This document shows, in pieces, positions 20,752 to 30,525 of a stretch of 46,570 nt of DNA (its first letter is position 1; every line of letters begins with the position of its first letter). The position numbers and the translations under genes are program-made. Source of the DNA: Chrysochromulina tobinii (Eukaryota); assembly GCA_001275005.1 (NCBI GenBank), contig JWZX01003284.1:1-46570 (forward strand), given 5' to 3'. The notes under the pieces are model-generated. The model had not been told where the DNA came from. It searched no databases and saw only the letters and a program-made list of their open reading frames with translations.

Positions 20752-21795
20752 ATGGAGTCTCGGGACGCTCTCGGCAATCGCTTGAAGCGCGACCCCTTTA
20801 CGGGCATCATGTGGGCCCCGGGCATGCCATCATCGGGGCTCGCGTATGCACATGAGGCGAGGCTGTGGAGAAAGGAACGTGAAAGGGCTATGGCATTCGC
20901 CAGCGAGTTGGCGGCTGCAAGGAAGCAACGTGAAAGAGCAGCAGCGAAGCCCGTCTTCGACATCGATGCGCCGTTTGGCATGAACACCGATCCTCGCACG
21001 GGGCAATTCGTTCATCCAGAGCATCGTCGGCCGGGGCCTAAAAGCATAAACTACTTCCAATATCATTTGAGCCAACCACGCAGCGCTGAGGAACGCAGCC
21101 GGCTCTTTCGCATGCGTGGCAGTAACAATTGGTATGGGGTCGTGCGCCCAGTCGTGCCTCGGAGCTGTAGCGGCAGCATGCTCGGGTACGTGCCTTCCGC
21201 AGACCAGAACCTCCACCGCGGCTTCCACTCCGGGCGCACCGCTGGGCGAGCGTTTGATGACGACACTGGAGGCCACGTGCGTTCGTACGAGGAGCCGCCG
21301 CCGCGCCAGGGGCGCGACACCGGATTGCGGGAGCGCGAGCTGCGCCGCGCTGCATCGGTGCCGACGTATGTGCCGCCGCCGGCCACGGCATGGGGGTCGG
21401 CAGAGGCGTGTCCGGCGACGCCACGGGGCCCGATCATGTCGATCGACAGGACTGGAATGGTGTATCCAGTCTACACTGGCAGGAAAGAAGAGTTGGCGCA
21501 GAAGGTCGGCAGTGCTCACTGGTCGACGGTGGCTAGTCCAGCTACGCCACGAGCATCAACAGTGTCTCGCCCAGCCACGCCACGGGGTTCGACGATGGCT
21601 AGCCCAGCCACGCCACGGGGTTCGACGATGGCTAGCCCAGCCACGCCACGGGGTTCGACGATGGCTAGCCCAGCCACGCCACGGGGTTCGACGATGGCTA
21701 GCCCAGCCACGCCACGGGGTTCGACGGTGGGGTGGGCACCGCCCCCGCCCAGGCTGCCGCCGCCCCCGCAAACATGCGAAACATATTTCGTGTGA
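20752..21795 (+). CDS. Hypothetical protein with C-terminal 11-aa (MASPATPRGST) repeats
   Basis: Long ORF with an ATG at 20752 after an AT-richer spacer, containing in-frame 33-bp repeats. No known domain recognised. Confidence 0.6.
   Translation: MESRDALGNRLKRDPFTGIMWAPGMPSSGLAYAHEARLWRKERERAMAFASELAAARKQRERAAAKPVFDIDAPFGMNTDPRTGQFVHPEHRRPGPKSINYFQYHLSQPRSAEERSRLFRMRGSNNWYGVVRPVVPRSCSGSMLGYVPSADQNLHRGFHSGRTAGRAFDDDTGGHVRSYEEPPPRQGRDTGLRERELRRAASVPTYVPPPATAWGSAEACPATPRGPIMSIDRTGMVYPVYTGRKEELAQKVGSAHWSTVASPATPRASTVSRPATPRGSTMASPATPRGSTMASPATPRGSTMASPATPRGSTMASPATPRGSTVGWAPPPPRLPPPPQTCETYFV
21523..21730 (+). repeat. Coding 33-bp tandem repeat, about 6 copies
   Basis: Unit gctagcccagccacgccacggggttcgacgatg; the first copies are degenerate. 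Confidence 0.9.
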
Positions 21796-22157
21796 AATTG
21801 CCGCGAGGCGTCCGGTTCGCATCGCTAGACACTCGCTACTGTGGTTAGCATGAATCAGAACACACAACACAGAAGGACTCTAATTCTGTGGTACCGGTAC
21901 GTTCTGTACGGTAAAAAAAAGTACCTCCTCCGCTTGCACGCTTGGAATAATTATTTTTATTTCCCACTAAGCAAGGACGTTTAAGTAGATTTTCTAGGAG
22001 AAAGGCTCTCTTCGAAATCTGGAATCTGCCGTTTCGGCGCCTCTTCCCAAGTTCGGCCCCACCGAGACTTGTTTTTCGCTTTCGTGGCGATTTTTTCTCG
22101 TGGCGACGTCTTGTTTTGCGCGACGGTGCCGTGTCGGGCGACAGATTCTTGCACGAA

Positions 22158-23500
22158 ATGATGGATCCGCAGCCTAAAGGTCGTGCAGGCAGCCGTTCCA
22201 TGGAAGATTACAATGAAATGGGCTACACATCAGCGCCTATGGAAAAACATTTGAAGGACTTCATCGAGTTATACGCAATAGGAGGAGACAAACAACCTGG
22301 GTGCAAGGCCGAATGCATCGAGATCTGCCAAATCAATGCTCTGCAGGACCTCGATGACCTGCGCAATCTCTCGCGCCGCTGTTGGCTGGGCGAGTACTTC
22401 CCAGCAAAAGTGGCCCTGCGTTTCGAAAACGCACTTGAGTCGCCGGAAATGCTCAATTTTTTCAAGAAACTCGATGAAGGCAATAAGAAGCCATGGGCGA
22501 ATACGTTTTACTTCACGTATTCGATCGAATCCATGGAAAGTACGTGTGCGACGTACGGCATCCTTTCGGCTCTCTTGCTTACCATGAACGTCGGTAGCTT
22601 CGGCGCGATAGAGATCGAGGAGTGGGGCGCATTTGAGTCAGGCGTTGCCATGGAGCGCTGCAACGGCACATCTCTCTTCCGCTGGTCGTCTGGACGACCT
22701 GGCGAAACCGTCGAAGAGTGCATAACGGCTCTTTCTGCCGAGTCCGAGAAATGGTTCATCATGGCCAACTTTGGGGCGTCCCTCTTCCTTATTTTGACGC
22801 TCTTGTTCTCCAGTTGGCTCTACATCGCATTTGGCATCCCTGGTGCGGACCGCACTAGGCCAGAAGAGGTACAAGCTGTTGTCGCACGCTTTAGCGGAGA
22901 GTTTGCCACCCTCAACTTCCTCTTTCTCTTTTCTGTCGCGCTATCGGGCACGGGTATCCTCCAGCTCACTCAGATCAAGAGTAAGCGTGCAGCTCGTCCT
23001 TGCAGGTAAGCCTGATGGCATCTGACATGCGCACACGTTGCTTTTTTGCTCTTTTGCTCGCAGTCCGATCCTGGAGCTTAGTTGTCTTCTTGTCGACGAT
23101 AGCCATTATCACATTCGTTGGCATATGTGTGCTTGCTGCGTGGCTCATATGGGAAATGGATAAAGCCAAGGGATTCCTTCAAAAGATTCGCACTATGCAC
23201 GCCAGGAGCGACAAGGAGCGCCAGGATCTCCTGGCACTCCTGGCGAAACCAACTGAAGAAGACAACAAAGATGAGAACGCTGTTCGCCTCAAAAAAGTGA
23301 TCGCGGAGTATATGAATATGAATATGAAGGACAAGAAGGGCATTCTGATCAAACTAAAAGAAGTAGTCGATGCATGGCATTCAAAAATGAAGGACGAGAA
23401 GGGCAAGAAAAGTGGCACCGCAGAAGGCCAAGACAAGAAGGACAAGAATAGGACAGGAAAAGGACAAGAAAAGGACAAGAAAAGTGGCCTATTCTTCTGA
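22158..23500 (+). CDS. Hypothetical membrane protein (about 4 TM) with Lys-rich C-terminus; exons ~22158-22980 and 23064-23500
   Basis: Intron 22981-23063 (GTAAGC...TTTGCTCGCAG) joins ORF 22116 to ORF 23000 in frame. Hydrophobic segments: TYGILSALLLTMNVG, FGASLFLILTLLFSSWLYIAF, LNFLFLFSVALSG and SLVVFLSTIAIITFVGICVLAAWLIW. Start codon uncertain. Confidence 0.65.
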
Positions 23501-24153
23501 TGACGTAGACTCAAACCCCGAGAGCGCATCATAATCGCGTGCGGCTAGTTGCGCAAAGTAAAGGCTCTTCCGCACCAACTTGACAACGAGGAGGTGAATG
23601 CTGCCGAGGCAGCAGCGGTGATGAGATCGCGTGGCGCGCGCGCGCAGGCAGTAGCATGGGGCGCAGATGGGGGCATGCGGAGCAATCGAGTTCGGAAGAG
23701 TGTGCAAGTGGATCGAGGCCTGGGAGCGGCTGAAAGCTGTGATGAATACATAGACCTGGTAAGTATCCGTCCCGACCGACTGTGTGTATCGTGTGTCGTC
23801 CGTCTGGTGCATTTTGAGCATCTTGCATTGCGCGAGGTGCCTTCTAGCATGCGCGCCATTGCTCGCTAGACGACACGCGGCTCCTTGCGTTCGACCCGGT
23901 CCGGGGCCGCGCGGGCTCAACTTCGATGCGACGTTCGTACTTCGTTTGCGGCCCGACCGAACTCTCGAAGTCGAACACAGTGCGCGGAAAGAGATACAGA
24001 AGAGAAATTTATAGCAAAATTCTCGTAGGGCTCTGCGCAGTATTCGACATAGATCCACAGCAGTGGAATCGACTGTCGCTGACACGTCTACCTAATACTG
24101 TCGAGTCCCGGACTCGACACCTCTCGACGACGAAGATCGTGGGTGCTCAACAC

Positions 24154-27093
24154 TCAAAAGAGGACAAAGACGTCGAGCCCGGGACGGGGCCGACTCGCCT
24201 CGAGCTCGCAGACGGTGAGCGTTAAGGGCGGCGCAACGATGAGCGCGCCGAGCATCACGCTCTGGCAGACCCATGGCAGGTTGTCGTGCGAGGGCGATCC
24301 CGGCCATGGAAGTGCCGCCCACGCTCGCGAGTCACCGGTCGCGCGCGAGAGGAGAGGGCTGGCGCTGAGGAGCGCGAGGACGGCGGCGCCCAACCCGACG
24401 GCGATGGCGAGATGCAGCCGTTGGGCCAGCCTCGCCACCTCACCCGCGGCCACTTGCTCTCTCCGAGGAGCAAGACAAGAGAGACTCACCAGGTGGACAA
24501 GGGCAGCGGCCGCCCAGGCCGCACGCGCGACATCGAAGACGAGGTCCGACAGCGCCTCAGGCACCATGAGCACCACCCCGAAGAGTACCCAGAAGAGGCG
24601 CAGCGACGGCCAGGCGACGCGCAGCGCGAAACGGCTCGTTGGGCCAGTCGCCGTGGTGAGGCTGGGCGGGAGAGGGCTCCTGTGGGAGTCTTCAGCCGGG
24701 TGAGAGCGTGCGCTCAGCAGCAGCCAGCTTGGGCACAGGGCGCCGTGTACGAGCGCAGCGCTCAGCACGGCGGTCAGCGGTGCGGTGGAGACGGCGTTGA
24801 GCACGGACAATTCGTAACTGACCACTCGACCCATTTCGTGCTCCGGCGGCCAGGGCGCAATCTCCAATGACGCAAGCCACGGCAGCACGCTGAGCAGTGC
24901 GAGCGGCATCGCCTGCAGCCACGCGTCCTCGCGCAGATGCTGCAGAGCGACCTCCATGCTCGAGCCTCGCGCCGATCTGGCGCGGCCGTTACTCCACACG
25001 GCGCTCGACACGGCGCTCGATCCTCGGGCAACAACGTGAGGCGAAATGGGCGGCCGGCATGGGGCGGCCGGGTTGGCGGCGAGCACGGCGACGGCGGCGA
25101 CGGCGACCGTCTGCAGGCTGGCGTAGGCGGCGCTCGTGGCCTGTACCATGCCAAGCACGTGGAGTACCAGATGAAGGACGAGCCCAGCTGTGGACAATGT
25201 GAGCACGCACCACGCGAGCAGCAAGGCCCATCCGTGGGTGGCCGCTGACTGTGTACACCACGTGAGCAGCGCGGCCCACAGTGTGGACACACCAGACCAC
25301 GCCAGCGGCGACGTCCATGGGGTAGGGAAGTGTGCATGTGAATGGGAGTGTGAGAGCGAGACCGACTTGAGGCCGCCGACTGGAGGCAGCCGCCGCCCAA
25401 GACAACGCGTCGCCACGGCAAAAAAGGCGAGCGAGGCGCCCACGTCGACGGCGGGCGCCATCAAGTGCCATCCCTCCGTGGCCCATGCGTAGGAAGAGCT
25501 AATCAGCCAGAGCCAGAGCAGCGCGCAAGTCCCGTGCACCCACCGGAGCTCAAGCGCCGTGTTGAGCTCGAGTGGCCCGCTGGAGCTCCCGAGTGCTGTG
25601 AATGCTGCCCTCGTGTGAATGCTGGAGCTCCCGAGTGCTGTGAATGCTGCCCTCGTGTGAATGCTGGAGCTCCCGAGTGCGTGGGCATCGCCGCTGTCCG
25701 AGTCACCCTCGTCTACGAAACGGCTCGAGATGCCTTTGTGACTGCTGCTGCTGCTGCTGCTGCTGCCGGCGCCGAGGTGGCTGTCGGCGCCGTGGCCGGG
25801 GCCTCCGCCGCCCCTGCTGGCACCGCTGCCGGCCGTGCCGCTGCCCTTGCTGACGCTGTTCCCGCCCGCCTCATCGTTGCCGGCGCTCGCTAACATGAAG
25901 AGGATCGCGGGGCAAAGGCAGAGGCAGAGTCCTCCCATCGCGTGGCCGTTGGAGGCATACGCGACGAGAATCTGCGCCGCGGCATGCTCCGGCGCGGCTG
26001 CGAACTCGCAAGCGAGGTCACGTCGCACGTCGGTGTCGACGGCCCACGCAGCGCCGAGTAACGGCAGCGAGGCCGCGTACAGGACGGGCAGAGCTGCGGC
26101 AAAGACGCGCGCGGCGGTACCATCGAGGAGCAGCGGCGCACTCACGGCAATCACGAGCGCGGCTGCAGAGCCCCTCAGTCTTAGCACCCCATCCAATGAA
26201 AAGTTCTCGATGCCGGCGCTGTGCGCGCTGCCGCACTCGGAGGCGATCGCGCCCACGAAGCCCACCGCTCCTGCGAGCGGGAGGTATGCCACCAAGCGCG
26301 GCACGTATCGCAACACGAGCGGGGCGTTGGTCACCGCCGCCTCTGCGGTCGCCGTGGCCGCCGTCGGGCACGTGGCAGTGGTCGACGAGCAGCAGCACAT
26401 CGCCGCCGCCTCACCCAAGCGTTTGCAGCGCGGCCAGACCTCTTGGTACCATGCCTGCATCCCTGCCTCCACGAGCTTCGAGCGGGGTCTCGGCAGCGGT
26501 GGTGGCGCGGCGACGTAGACGGCGGAGGCGACCGTTGAGGCGACAGGTCGCGAGGAAGCGACGCCCTTCACGGCTCCGATGCGCACGCGCGGAGGCGGCG
26601 CGGGAAATGAGATGGGGGGCGGGGCGGCTGGCGACGGAGTCGCGGGTGTCGGAGCGGGCGCCTGGTTAGCTGGCTCTGGTGGCTCAATGGGAGCCTGAGT
26701 GCGTGTACTTGCACGTACCGCGGCCCTCGCCACTCGCGCCTCGGCGTCCGCATGCACCTCGTCCGCAATCGCCTGTGTTGGGGTCGCTTCCTTGGGCTCA
26801 AGGGAGGCTGATGATCTCGAATCGGAGCGCTTCAAGAAGTCATCGGCCTCCCTGAGCCACAGAGGCGTCTGTGCTGTCGTCTCCTCTGTGACGGATCTGG
26901 GCTGTGGCTTAGCAGAGTCCACTTGGGCATTTCCCGATGCCTCTGCCAACCCAGGCGGCATCCCTGGCGGAAAGGGCGTGGACGCTCGCATTGGAGACGC
27001 AGGCGGGCTGTGGTGGCCCTGGTTGGTCGGTTGCATTGTCTTTCGACAAAAGGCGCTCCAGACAGGTGTGAAATTATAGCAGGCCTTTTGCAT
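24154..27093 (-). CDS. Hypothetical multi-pass membrane protein with Pro/Ala-rich N-terminus
   Basis: Uninterrupted ORF of about 1000 aa with many hydrophobic helices in the C-terminal two thirds. Start uncertain (ORF open to 27204). Confidence 0.6.
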   Translation of the reverse strand: MQKACYNFTPVWSAFCRKTMQPTNQGHHSPPASPMRASTPFPPGMPPGLAEASGNAQVDSAKPQPRSVTEETTAQTPLWLREADDFLKRSDSRSSASLEPKEATPTQAIADEVHADAEARVARAAVRASTRTQAPIEPPEPANQAPAPTPATPSPAAPPPISFPAPPPRVRIGAVKGVASSRPVASTVASAVYVAAPPPLPRPRSKLVEAGMQAWYQEVWPRCKRLGEAAAMCCCSSTTATCPTAATATAEAAVTNAPLVLRYVPRLVAYLPLAGAVGFVGAIASECGSAHSAGIENFSLDGVLRLRGSAAALVIAVSAPLLLDGTAARVFAAALPVLYAASLPLLGAAWAVDTDVRRDLACEFAAAPEHAAAQILVAYASNGHAMGGLCLCLCPAILFMLASAGNDEAGGNSVSKGSGTAGSGASRGGGGPGHGADSHLGAGSSSSSSSSHKGISSRFVDEGDSDSGDAHALGSSSIHTRAAFTALGSSSIHTRAAFTALGSSSGPLELNTALELRWVHGTCALLWLWLISSSYAWATEGWHLMAPAVDVGASLAFFAVATRCLGRRLPPVGGLKSVSLSHSHSHAHFPTPWTSPLAWSGVSTLWAALLTWCTQSAATHGWALLLAWCVLTLSTAGLVLHLVLHVLGMVQATSAAYASLQTVAVAAVAVLAANPAAPCRPPISPHVVARGSSAVSSAVWSNGRARSARGSSMEVALQHLREDAWLQAMPLALLSVLPWLASLEIAPWPPEHEMGRVVSYELSVLNAVSTAPLTAVLSAALVHGALCPSWLLLSARSHPAEDSHRSPLPPSLTTATGPTSRFALRVAWPSLRLFWVLFGVVLMVPEALSDLVFDVARAAWAAAALVHLVSLSCLAPRREQVAAGEVARLAQRLHLAIAVGLGAAVLALLSASPLLSRATGDSRAWAALPWPGSPSHDNLPWVCQSVMLGALIVAPPLTLTVCELEASRPRPGLDVFVLF

Positions 27094-27219
27094 TTCCCCA
27101 CAGAGCGGGGGGCCTGCCGCGCTGCCTGGGAGGCGCCCCTTGATGAGGGATGTAATTGCGCCTGAAATTATAGGGAGGAGATTCGAAAATTCTACGCTCC
27201 ACAATTCTTTCCGACTCGA

Positions 27220-28336
27220 TTAGGAGCTCTTCTTGGCTCTCGCGCGCTGGTTCATCGACCTATTCATCGACGAGCCACCCGTCGCCCGGTTCTGACTGCG
27301 ACACGGCCTCGCTTCGGCCGGCGCGAATCCGTACAGGTTGATCCACGCCTCTTGGCACATGGTGCCGTAGTAGAACAGGAGCTCGCTCCCCTGGGCAATC
27401 GGCGCCGTCGCGGTCGCGACGAAACCCTGCGAGGCCACGTTGAACTCCGCACGGATGCCCACCTGCCCAAAATTGAGCATATCGAGCACGTCAAGTCAAG
27501 TCAAGTCAAGTCAAGTCAAGTCAAGTCAAGTCAAGTCGGATGCCCACCTGCCCAAAATTGAGCATGTCGAGCACGGGCGCAAGGAAGGCGCGGTGCTCGC
27601 CGTCGACGGGGAGCACCCAGTCGCGCGCCGAGATGATCGCAAAGAGATGGAGGAAGCGTTCCCACCGGTAGATCCTCTCGAGGTGCTCGGGTGGGCAAAC
27701 GGGCGCCGCACATCCCAGGCCCTCGGAGAGCGGCGCTGGGAAGTGCTCGATGGCGCCGAGGATGAGCGCGTCGTACTGGGCACGTGCGTAGTTGCGCGAG
27801 CGGCTCGCGAGCTCGCGCGCCATGGGCGTCAGCTTCCGGTACCGCTCTGAGCTCTCGGGCCACAGCATGGGCACCCCGCTCACGTCGTGCGACCGGATGA
27901 GCTGCAGGTATGGCATTTGAGGCGATCGCTCGCGCGCGAGCTCGCGCATGGCGTAGAGGACGATGCGCGTGCGGTCGTCCACGGATTCCCGCCGCCGCCG
28001 TGCCGAGCCATTCGGCCTTTCAACAAGGCTGAAGGCTGGGCTCAAGGTCCACTGCATGACCGGCAGCAGCGACGAGTTGCCGACCGTGTACCCGGAGAGC
28101 AGCTCGCGCACCGGCACATTGCAAAGACGTTCGCCCTTGTTGATCGGCGCGATCGCCTTCGCGCCGCGGATCGTCGCGCCAAGCGACTCGTAGTAGAAGA
28201 AGCCGACGCCAACCTTTGGGCATACTCTCGCCAGCGCGCTGCTCGCAACGTATTGCTCCCACAGCTCGGTGAGTTGCGTCAGGTTGCGGCCCTCCCAGGT
28301 GGTGCGCGCATACACGTCCGGCTGGCTCGACGGCAT
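27220..28336 (-). CDS. SET-domain protein of the Rubisco-LSMT/SETD3-like type; exons 28336-27548 and 27462-27220
   Basis: RGAKAIAPINKGERLCNVP, PYLQLI, VPMLWP, LAPVLDMLNF, FVATATAPIAQGSELLFYYG and LYGF. An 85-nt GT-AG intron at 27463-27547 joins the two ORFs in frame. Confidence 0.75.
27452..27575. repeat. 39-bp direct repeats (27452-27490, 27537-27575) flanking (TCAAG)x9
   Basis: cggatgcccacctgcccaaaattgagcatRtcgagcacg occurs twice with one mismatch, separated by a pentamer microsatellite. Confidence 0.95.
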
Positions 28337-28858
28337 TGAGCTCCAACGCCGAGAGCCTCAAGGCCGACGGCAGGCCCTGCAACCCCAAGAGCCGCGGTGC
28401 TGTTCACACATATATTCACACTTAGTGCCGGTAAAAAGAAACCGACACGCACGCATGCCGATCGGTCAGTCAGTCAGGTTTCGCGGACACACCCGCGCTC
28501 ACCACACTCCGTCGCAAAGGAGAGCTCCGCTGCCCCCGGTCAACACGTTCTGATTACGAGCGCCTCACATCTGGGCGTTTACTCATTGTTACAATGGGAT
28601 AACAATGGGATTGTTGCACGCACTGATGAACACGCACGCGCTACGCACGCGCGCGATGCCTTTTGGCAACTTGCGTCGGCGTTTACAAATCGTTGAGCCC
28701 GGTGACTCGTTACTGATCTTCTGAAAGCTTAGATCGCGGGGAATCAAAAGAAAAGCTTCTAGCTTGGGGGGGAAAAAAGAAAATTAAAGTGACACCGTGC
28801 GGTGGAGACGACCCCGCTCGCGCGCGACCCCGCGCTCGAGGCCCTCACGCAGAGGACC

Positions 28859-30289
28859 TCACGCCTTCGACGGCACAATGCACACACAGACCGGCGTGGG
28901 CACCTTCGTGGTCAGCTCCGTTGGCGGCCCGCCCTCGCAAAGGACAACGATCTTGTCGTCGTTCTGGTTGGCGACGAGCGCGAGCATGCCTGCCTGCGGC
29001 TCGGCGCTCGCGGCCGCGCCGCCGCCGTTGTCGCTGCCGCGCCGCTGCCTCTTCGTAGGGCTTGCGCTTGGAAGCCCCGGTAGCATCGCGAAATCGCGCG
29101 GAGTTTCGCCGAGGGTGCGCGTGACGCGGATGGGACGATCGTGGGCATCGACGAAGAGGCCCGATGGTGTGAGCGGGATGGCCGAGAGGGCGCCGGGTTC
29201 ACCCTCAATGCGCGACGACACGACCAGCTGAGATCCGTCCGGCGTCACGGCGATGGCGGCGAGGCTCGTCACTTTGTCAGAGCACACGCGCCTGCCGTGG
29301 CCTGGCTTGAGGCCACTCGCGTCCGTGCCCTCAAGCGCCCAGTTGGGTGCGACGAAGCGCGTGAACTCCTTCGAGGCATCGACAGTGCAGCCTGAAGGCA
29401 GCCGCGCGCCCGCACCCGGCAGCTCGCCGTGCAGAAAGTGGCTGCCGACGCCATCGAGTGCACACAGGAGCCCAACGGGCGGCTCGTCGCTGATCGCGCC
29501 GCTCTTGCGATCGATCTTGAATGCGGCCACCAGACTCGTAAGCTCGTAGCACACGTAGCACACCGCTTCCGTTGGATGCAGCGCAAGATGGCGCGGCCCA
29601 CCGCCCGCGAGCGCTTGATGGCTCCCCGATGGCACCGGCTCGCCGAGCGGAGCGGACAGGCTTGCTGCGTCGAAGGGGATCGACCACACGACGTCCGAGC
29701 CGAGGTCGGGCACGAGGACCGTCGACGATTTCGTGCCCGCCGAGACGTGCACCATGTGTGCGTGCGCTCTCTCCTGTCGCGCCGCGTTTGGCAGCGGGTA
29801 GGTGATCGGGTGCGTGGCCGGTGGCAAGTCCACGTATTGCACGTTGGTGCCGTCGAGCTTGCCGTCAGGCAGCCGTGCGATCGCGACCACCGAGCCTGTG
29901 AGGTAGTTGGCCGCGAGCACGTGCGACCCGCCCGGTGCTACAGTCACGTGGCAGCACGCGGCGGCGTCCGCCAGGTCCCGTCGAATGGGCTCGCCGTTGC
30001 AAGCCAGCTCGCCCGTGCTCTCATTCAGGGTGAGCGCCGCGACGAAGCCGGCATCGCTGTGCGACTCCTCGACCACGTAGACGTCCAGCCGGTCTGCCAC
30101 GGAGTCACGGAACACGGTGACGTAGGACGGGTTCTTGAAGACGTCGCCAAGCTGCGCCTTGCCAAAGTCCTCGGTGAAGGCGAGAGACGAGCGGTCAAAT
30201 TTTAGGACATAGAGGCCCTTGCCTTTGCCGTTCACGTGGCCGAGCTTCTCGCCGTACGTGCCACAGATGACGAGGTGCTCCATGTTCAT
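28859..30289 (-). CDS. 6-phosphogluconolactonase-like 7-bladed beta-propeller lactonase (Pgl/YbhE family)
   Basis: ICGTYG, NPSYV, CCHVTV, ANYLTGSV, QERAHAHMV, VPDLGSD, GGPRHLALHP, YELTS, TPRDFA, VANQNDDKIVV and VPTPVCV. No intron. Confidence 0.85.
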   Translation of the reverse strand: MNMEHLVICGTYGEKLGHVNGKGKGLYVLKFDRSSLAFTEDFGKAQLGDVFKNPSYVTVFRDSVADRLDVYVVEESHSDAGFVAALTLNESTGELACNGEPIRRDLADAAACCHVTVAPGGSHVLAANYLTGSVVAIARLPDGKLDGTNVQYVDLPPATHPITYPLPNAARQERAHAHMVHVSAGTKSSTVLVPDLGSDVVWSIPFDAASLSAPLGEPVPSGSHQALAGGGPRHLALHPTEAVCYVCYELTSLVAAFKIDRKSGAISDEPPVGLLCALDGVGSHFLHGELPGAGARLPSGCTVDASKEFTRFVAPNWALEGTDASGLKPGHGRRVCSDKVTSLAAIAVTPDGSQLVVSSRIEGEPGALSAIPLTPSGLFVDAHDRPIRVTRTLGETPRDFAMLPGLPSASPTKRQRRGSDNGGGAAASAEPQAGMLALVANQNDDKIVVLCEGGPPTELTTKVPTPVCVCIVPSKA

Positions 30290-30525
30290 CGCACGAGTTA
30301 CAAAGAGAAAAGCGGAAGTGTGAATGGTGACAAATGGCACGAACGTGTACTTTCTTTTCTGAAGAATCCCTTTGGACAATACCTGTGGTCCCTTGTGGAC
30401 ACACATTCACATTCACACACACTCATTCACACTTGTGTGTGCGACTTGGTGCGACCCGGCGTGGAGTGAGTCTCGCTTCGCGCACCGGGACTGCTGGCCC
30501 ACCTCGATCCGGGATCAGCATCGCA

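Noticed and set aside
23489..24085. Minus-strand 198-aa ORF and overlapping short ORFs
   Set aside because: No motif, non-ATG start and no convincing exon structure; a small gene cannot be excluded.
27491..27536. (TCAAG)n as an interstitial telomere
   Set aside because: It is short, is not a TTAGGG-type unit, and is explained as intron filler.
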